Source of the DNA: Eledone cirrhosa
Taxonomy: Eukaryota
DNA: 64,000 bases
Assembly: GCA_964016885.1 (NCBI GenBank)
Contig: OZ024751.1
Coordinates: 52,142,001-52,206,000 of the forward strand
Reading direction: 5' to 3'
In this document: positions 56,080-64,000 of the stretch, in pieces
Position numbering within the stretch: the stretch's first letter is position 1
Layout of the letters: the number at the start of each line of letters is the position of its first letter
The notes under the pieces: generated by a model
What the model saw: only the letters and a program-made list of their open reading frames with translations
Databases searched by the model: none
Told to the model about the DNA's origin: nothing
Made by a program: the position numbers and the translations under genes

Positions 56080-58854
56080 CTGACAATCATCTCGGTCTAT
56101 GCTCCCCAAGCAGGCCTAGGCAAAGATGAGAAAGACTGCTTTTATGAGCAACTTTTGCAAACAACCACAATGACAGAGGACGGAGACATCGTTATGCTAG
56201 CAGGAGACTTCAATGGTCATGTTGGACAGCTCCAGGATGGTTACACTGGGGTACATGGTGGGCACGGTTACGGTTCAAGAAATGAAGAAGGAGTGAGACT
56301 TCTTGAATTTTGTGATGCAAGTACATTGACTATTTGCAACACAAACTTCCAGAAACCTGCCAATCACCTAATAACCTACAAATCTGGTGAGCACATAAGC
56401 CAGATTGACTTCCTGCTAGTTAGGCAGCGGGACAGGCAGATAGTGTCTAATACCAAGGCATACCCTGGGGAAGAATGTACCCCACAGCATAGGTTAGTTG
56501 TTAGTGATATCTCAGTAAGCAAGAGATGGAATGAGACATAGGAAGGTGTGGAGAAGAAAGGTCTGGAAGCTAAAAGACCTTTCACTAAAATTCAAATTTA
56601 GGAAAGCCCTTCAAGATGTATATGACGAAAAAGAAGACGATTTAGAGACGTATGACATAGATAATAACTGGAAGTTCTTACGTGACAACTTGCTGAAGGC
56701 TACTGATGAAACCTGTGGCTGGAGCAGAGCTCCAACCAGACAGAGAGTGACCTGGTGGTGGAACAGCAGTGTAGATAAGGCTATTAGAGACAAAAGACTA
56801 GCATGGAAGGCTTGGAATAAGGGTGGGAGTAGGGAAGAATATACAGCCACTAAGAGAGAAGCTAGACGTCAGGTGTACTTAGCACGCAGGGAGGCAGAGA
56901 GTAGGAGGTTTGCCAATGTTCTGCGACGGGAAGATCATAGGCGTGCGGTGTTCCACATTGCAAGGCAGTGTGTCAATGCAAATCAGGATGTTGTTGGTGA
57001 TAAATGTGTCCGGGATGATGCCGGTGTACTTAGTGTCACGAATGACCAGAAAAAGGAGGCCTGGAAATGTCATTATGAGAGACTGATGAATGTGGAGAAC
57101 GAATGGGAGAGAGAGAAATTACCCTTGGTAGATCCGACAGAGGGACCAGCTATCGAGATTGACGAATATAGGGTCCAAGAGGCGATTAGGGAAATGAAAA
57201 ATGGTAAGGCGGCCGGACCATCGGGAATAGTTGCTGAGATGCTGAAGGCATCAGGGGACGTAGGCACTAAACTGGTTGCACGCATAATCAATCAGGCTAT
57301 ATATGGTGGTGTCATACCCAAAGACTGGTGCAGCAGTATTCTCATAAATTGCTACAAAGGTAAAGGGGATGCTTTGGAGAGGAGCAATTATAGGGGTATA
57401 AAACTGATAGATCAGGTTATGAAAGTGGCAGAAAGGATTTTAGCACAACTAATTAGAGAAAGGGTCAAACTAGATGAGATGCAGTTTGGTTTTGTGCCTG
57501 GGAAGAGTACAACAGATGCCCTCTTCTTGGTGAGACAAATGCAAGAGAGGTTCTTAGAGAAGAATAAGCCACTATACTTAGCCTTTGTTGACCTAGAGAA
57601 GGCCTTTGATAGGGTACCCCGATCTGTCATTTGGTGGTCCCTAAGGAAGCTGGGTGTTGAGGAATGGCTTGTAAGGACAGTGCAAACTTTGTACAGAGGT
57701 ACTCTCAGTAAAGTCAGGGTAGGAATGGAGTTTAGTGAGGAATTCCAGATACAAGTAGGAGTACATCAGGGTTCGGTCCTCAGCCCGCTCTTGTTCATTA
57801 TAGTCCTCCAAGCCATAACAGAGGAGTTTAAGACTGGCTGTCCATGGGAACTTCTCTATGCTGACGATCTGGCTCTTATGGCAGAATCAGTAGAGGAGCT
57901 AGAGAATAAATTCCGGCTATGGAAACTGCAGTTGGAAGCAAGAGGACTGAGAGTAAATCTAGCTAAGACAAAAGTGTTGATGAGTAGAAAAGAGGACAAA
58001 ACCCTGATTCCGTCAGGGAAATGGCCATGTTCGATATGCAGAAAAGGAACTGGCATAAATTCTATAAAATGCACACAATGTAGGTCCTGGGTACACAAGA
58101 GATGTAGCGGGATAGCAGGCAAACTAACAGGTAGGGAGAACTATGTATGCAGTAGATGTACAGGGAAATTAGACAGTAGAAGTCGCACTGATAGACACAT
58201 TTTTCAAATGCGAGAGGGCGCTATAGAAGTGGTGGATAGCTTCCGGTACCTAGGAGATCAGATTAGCATGGGAGGAGGGTGTTCCGAGGCCATAGTATCT
58301 AGAATAAGGACGGGTTGGAAGAAGTTTAGGGAGCTGCTTCCTCTGTTGACGAAGAAGGGTTTCTCCCTGTGTACGAAAGGCCGGTTGTATGATGCCTGTG
58401 TGAGGAGCGCGATGCTGCATGGTAGTGAGACATGGGGAGCAACCGCAGAGGATATGCGACGGCTGGAGAGAAATGAGGCAAGCATGCTCCGTTGGATGTG
58501 CAGTGTAAATGTGCGTGAACGACCCAGCATAAATGTGTTGAGAGAGAAACTGTGTCTGAGAGGGATAGAATGTAGTGTACGGGAGAGGAGACTGAGGTGG
58601 TATGGACATGTGATGCGCATGGAGGATGACCGATGGGTGAAGAAGTGCCAGGAAATGCCAGTTGAAGGAAGACGTGGTAGAGGTAGACCACGAAAAACAT
58701 GGGCGGAGGTGGTGAGAACAGACCTCAGATCATTGAAGCTCACGGTGGAGATGACGAGGGACCGTGACGAGTGGAGAGATGCTGTGCTGAATAAGACCCG
58801 TCCCACCCTTGCAAGCAGGGAAAAGCGGACGTAAAATGATGATGATGATGATGA
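56080..58854 (+). mobile_element. 5'-truncated RTE LINE, family C (APE part 56080-56530; frameshift; RT 56531-58834; (GAT)n tail)
   Basis: YAPQ, GDFNGH, IDFLL, PQH; FVDLEKAFD, GVHQGSVLSP, YADD and a C4HC3 finger. Confidence 0.93.
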
Positions 58855-58986
58855 TATATATATATATATACTTATATATATATATATATATACTTATATA
58901 TATATATACTTATATATATATATATATATATATATATACTTATATATATATATATATATACTTATATATATATATATATATATATA

Positions 58987-59025
<39 letters not shown>

Positions 59026-59114
59026 TTATATATATATATATATACTTATATATATATATATATATATATATATACTTATATATATATATATATACTTATA
59101 TATATATATATATA

Positions 59115-59163
<49 letters not shown>

Positions 59164-59192
59164 TTATATATATATATATATATATATATATA

Positions 59193-59269
<77 letters not shown>

Positions 59270-59290
59270 TTATATATATATATATATATA

Positions 59291-59457
<167 letters not shown>

Positions 59458-59509
59458 CTTATATATATATATATATATATACTTATATATATATACTTAT
59501 ATATATATA

Positions 59510-59564
<55 letters not shown>

Positions 59565-59610
59565 TTATATATATATATATATACTTATATATATATATAT
59601 ATATATATAT

Positions 59611-61932
59611 AACTTTGAATAACTTTGAAATGTTTTGGCCAGTATTGGCCCAGGCCATGTCTAACTTAATAGCACCACCTGGCGAAGTCTTTCAATTCAG
59701 GATTTGGGCACCATGGCCCATTCGAGAAGAGAATTACTGTTTGCGGAGACATATCCGGGTGTGGGTGGTTTGTCCGGGATTACTTGGAGGAATTTGTCCA
59801 AAGACTTCTTGAATTTTGTGTGGTCAGTTTCTGTTTTGACGTGTCCTGGTGTGATGTTGAAGAGAGCAGGGCCGATTGAGGTGAAAAAATTGTGCCGTAT
59901 TGTTGTTATGAGTTGCGATTTAGATTTTTGAATGGGACGGATAGCACGGGGCCCAAGCCTTGGGTGTATCTTGAAGGCGATGCCAACATCATTTGGGCAG
60001 TGATGATGGAACATTTTCCACATCATGCAGATAATATAAAGCTCCCGGCGACATTGGAGTGAGTAAAGTTTCAGCTTTTCTAGTCGACCCCAGTAGTCAA
60101 GGTCTGACATGCCATCTATCTTTTTCATGATTGCCCTTTGAGGAGCTTCAAGTTTCATGATACTTTGTTTCGTGTGGGGAGACCACAGTGGACAACAGTA
60201 TTCAAGGTGTGGTCGGGCAAAAGTAGAGAAGAGAAGGATAATGGTGTGGGAATCTCTCGACTGGAAGGTTCTGAGGATCCAGGAACACATTCTGCGGGCC
60301 ATGTCAACTTTGCTGCTTATATGCGTGGCCCAGCTTATGTTGCTGTCCACGGTTACTCCCAAGTCTCTGATGTTGTTAGATGCCACGAGAGTTTCCCCGG
60401 AGGGAAGGGAGTACGGGAGTTTCAGAGCATCCTCTTTTCCAAAGTGGATCAGTTCGAATTTGTCTTCGTTCAGTAACATGTTGTTCTTTTCCGCCCATTG
60501 GGTAACAGCCAGTAGGTCTGACTGAAGGCTTATCCGGTCATCCACGCCATTGATGACCTTTTGGAGCTTGGAATCATCAGCGAAAATTTTAATGTTGCTG
60601 TGTTTGATGATGTCAGTGATGTCATTAATATAGATGATGAAGAGAAGTTGGCCCAACACAGTGCCTTGTGGGACCCCACTACTGACTTTGGCTGGGCTGG
60701 ATTTGACTCCTTCAACTACAACATGTTGGGTTCTGTTTGACAGGAAGCTCTTGATCCACTGCAGCAGCTTTCCAGTGACACCAATATTGGACAGCTTTCT
60801 CAGTAGAATGTTATGATCAACCCTGTCAAAGGCCTTGCTGAAATCAAGGTAGATAACATCAGTGTTGGAACCCTCTCCCAAGGCTCTCAAAATGTCATCA
60901 AAGTGATGCAGTAGCTGCGTCAGGCAATCCCTTCCATTACGGAATCCATGCTGGTTGGAGTTCAGCATATTGTTACTCTCAAGGAAGTGGGTCATTCGCG
61001 ATCTCACCACTCTCTCAAATACCTTAATGATATGAGAGGTGAGTGAGATTGGACGGTAATTCACGGCAAGGGATTTGTTTCCTTTTTTGAAAACTGGGAC
61101 AACAGACTGGGATAGAAGGTTTTCTGGCACATATCCAGCATCCAGTGAGTTCCGCTACAGATTGCAAGAGGAGATGCAAGTTGGTGTTGACACGCCTTCA
61201 AGACACAAGCAGGGAACCTATCGGGACCTACTGCTGAATTATGCTTGATTTCCTTTATTGCCGCTAAGACATCAGGGGCGCCAAACGTTATGTCCGATAA
61301 GGTGTAATGGGGAGTAACATCGCCGATACAGCCCAGATCGGCCATATCAGGATTGCTGAAAACAGAGCAGTATTGTTTCTGCAGTATCTCACCCATGTCA
61401 TTGTCTTGAAGAGTGCCATTTTCATCAATTAGAGGGCCAACAGTAGAGCCAGTGATTTTGTGTTTTTTTGCAAATGAAAAGAACACTTTGGGATTGAGTT
61501 TGATCTTCTCAATGGCCCAGGCCTCTTCAGCTCTTCTCTGATTGTTGATGAGGGACATTATGTTGTTTTGGAGGTTATGTTTTTTAATCTCTAGTGATGA
61601 AATGGCAGTCAAGTTGATGTGTTGCTGCTGACAGTATTTCAGCTTGTTGATTTTTTTTGTTCGTTCTCTTAATTTTTCTGATGAGCGTTTTTCTATTTCT
61701 AGGGATTCTGCTCTTAGATTTGTTTATAGTTCTTAATGGGGTGTGTTTTGCACATATGTTTGTAACAGTGTCCACAAATGTCTGCCAGGACTTTTTGATG
61801 TTAGTGGGTGTATGAGTGTGCGTGAAGGACCAGTCGACATGTGCAAGATCATGACTGATCGCTTCCCAGTTTGCATTGTGGAAATCCATAGCGTCAAACG
61901 GATGGACAGGAGAGATGACATTGGGTTTGTAT
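59611..61932 (-). mobile_element. Second 5'-truncated copy of the CR1/L2-group LINE at 45316-47820
   Basis: Same 3' end and near-identical RT (ORF 59697-61130), with a different 5' truncation point and scattered substitutions. Confidence 0.92.
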
Positions 61933-62169
61933 ATGTATATATATATATATATATACATATATATACATATACATATATATATATATACATATATATACAT
62001 ATATATACATATACATATATATATATACATATATGTATATATATACATATATGTATATATATATATGTATGTATATATATATGTATGTATGTATATATAT
62101 GTATGTATACATATATATATGTATGTATATATATATATATATATGTGTATGTATATATATATATATATG

Positions 62170-62268
<99 letters not shown>

Positions 62269-62273
62269 GTATG

Positions 62274-62352
<79 letters not shown>

Positions 62353-62357
62353 GTATG

Positions 62358-62452
<95 letters not shown>

Positions 62453-62506
62453 GTATATATATGTATATATGTATATATATATATATATACATATATATAC
62501 ATATAC

Positions 62507-62608
<102 letters not shown>

Positions 62609-62620
62609 ATATACATATAC

Positions 62621-62703
<83 letters not shown>

Positions 62704-62890
62704 CATATATATATATGTATATATATACATATATATATATATACATATATATATATGTATATATATACTATATATATATATACATATATATATATGTATA
62801 TATATACATATATATACATATACATATATATATATACATATATATATATGTATATATATACTATATATACATATACATATATATATATAC

Positions 62891-62971
<81 letters not shown>

Positions 62972-63023
62972 TGTATATATATACATATATATGTATATAT
63001 ATACATATATATGTATATATATG

Positions 63024-63133
<110 letters not shown>

Positions 63134-63137
63134 TATA

Positions 63138-64000
63138 AAAAAAACCCGGCTGACGCTGCCCTCTTACAGCAGGATCTGGATGCCATATACAGATGGGCGG
63201 AAGAAAACAACATGCAGTTTAATGCTGGCAAATTCCAAGCCCTACAATACAAACCTGCAAACACAAACACAAATGTAGCGGAACACAGCTACACAGGACC
63301 AGGAGGGACCGATATCCCCGTGTCAAAATCGATACGAGACCTGGGCATAGACATGAGCGATGATGCATCTTTTTCTTCACACATCATGAAGGTGGCGACA
63401 GCATGTAGACGATTCGCTGGCTGGATCTTGAGGACTTTCCTTACAAGAGATCGAGACACCATGTTGACACTGTGGAGGACTTTTGTCCTAAGCCGCCTGG
63501 ACTACTGCTCCCAGCTGTGGTCACCCCATAGTGTCAAACTAACCACAGAGCTTGAGGCAATCCAGCGAAGCTACACCAAGAGGATTGCCAAGATGAGGGA
63601 GACAAGCTACTGGGAGAGGCTGAAGGAACTGAACCTCTACTCCTTGGAGCGAAGACGGGAGAGATACGCAGTGATCTACATGTGGAAAATCCTGGAGGGA
63701 CTAGCACCAAACTTTGGCATTGGGAGCTGGACCAACCGTCGAACAGGACGTCACTGTGTGGTGCCAAAGGTCCCGTCTTCCACATCTAGAATAAGGAGCA
63801 GGTATTGCAATAGCCTGGGATTCAAGGGCCCTCAACTCTTCAACAGGCTGCCGAGGCATCTGCGAGACTTGCATGACGTGGAGGTGGATGTCTTTAAGAA
63901 ACATCTCGACACCTTGTTATCCAGGATCCCGGATGAGCCCACAGCAAGACACGAGGGAAACCTAAGGGCAGCAGCAACAAACTCCCTCCTACACCAGTGG
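63138..64000 (+). mobile_element. 5'-truncated CR1/L2-group LINE of a different family, running off the window
   Basis: Frame reads [24 protein letters not shown]...RDLGI...[12 protein letters not shown]...[11 protein letters not shown], homologous to the 45423-47225 C-terminus. Confidence 0.85.

Overview
AT-rich eukaryotic, almost certainly animal, DNA. The repeat content suggests a cephalopod (Octopus-like) genome, which is inference only. I found no host gene I can support. Bases 1-20 kb hold old SINEs, LINE fragments, a Gypsy remnant and two foldback elements. Bases 20-64 kb are young retroelements packed between kilobase (TA)n arrays: three RTE LINE families (one full length, 1039 aa, with an internal PHD-type finger), CR1/L2-group LINEs and two Penelope-like (RT + GIY-YIG) families. 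About 6 kb is duplicated across an N-gap, probably an assembly overlap. The main find is a hammerhead-ribozyme/Penelope system. At 41225-44243 a non-coding 310-bp unit occurs about 10 times as a head-to-head tandem array (6 copies minus, 4 plus), and each unit carries an intact type I hammerhead, making it a retrozyme-like candidate circular-RNA element. A second, covarying hammerhead family forms a 750-bp palindrome at 12.65-13.4 kb. Hammerhead variants also sit in the terminal repeats of the Penelope-like elements, which share the same inverted-arm-plus-tail insertion geometry.
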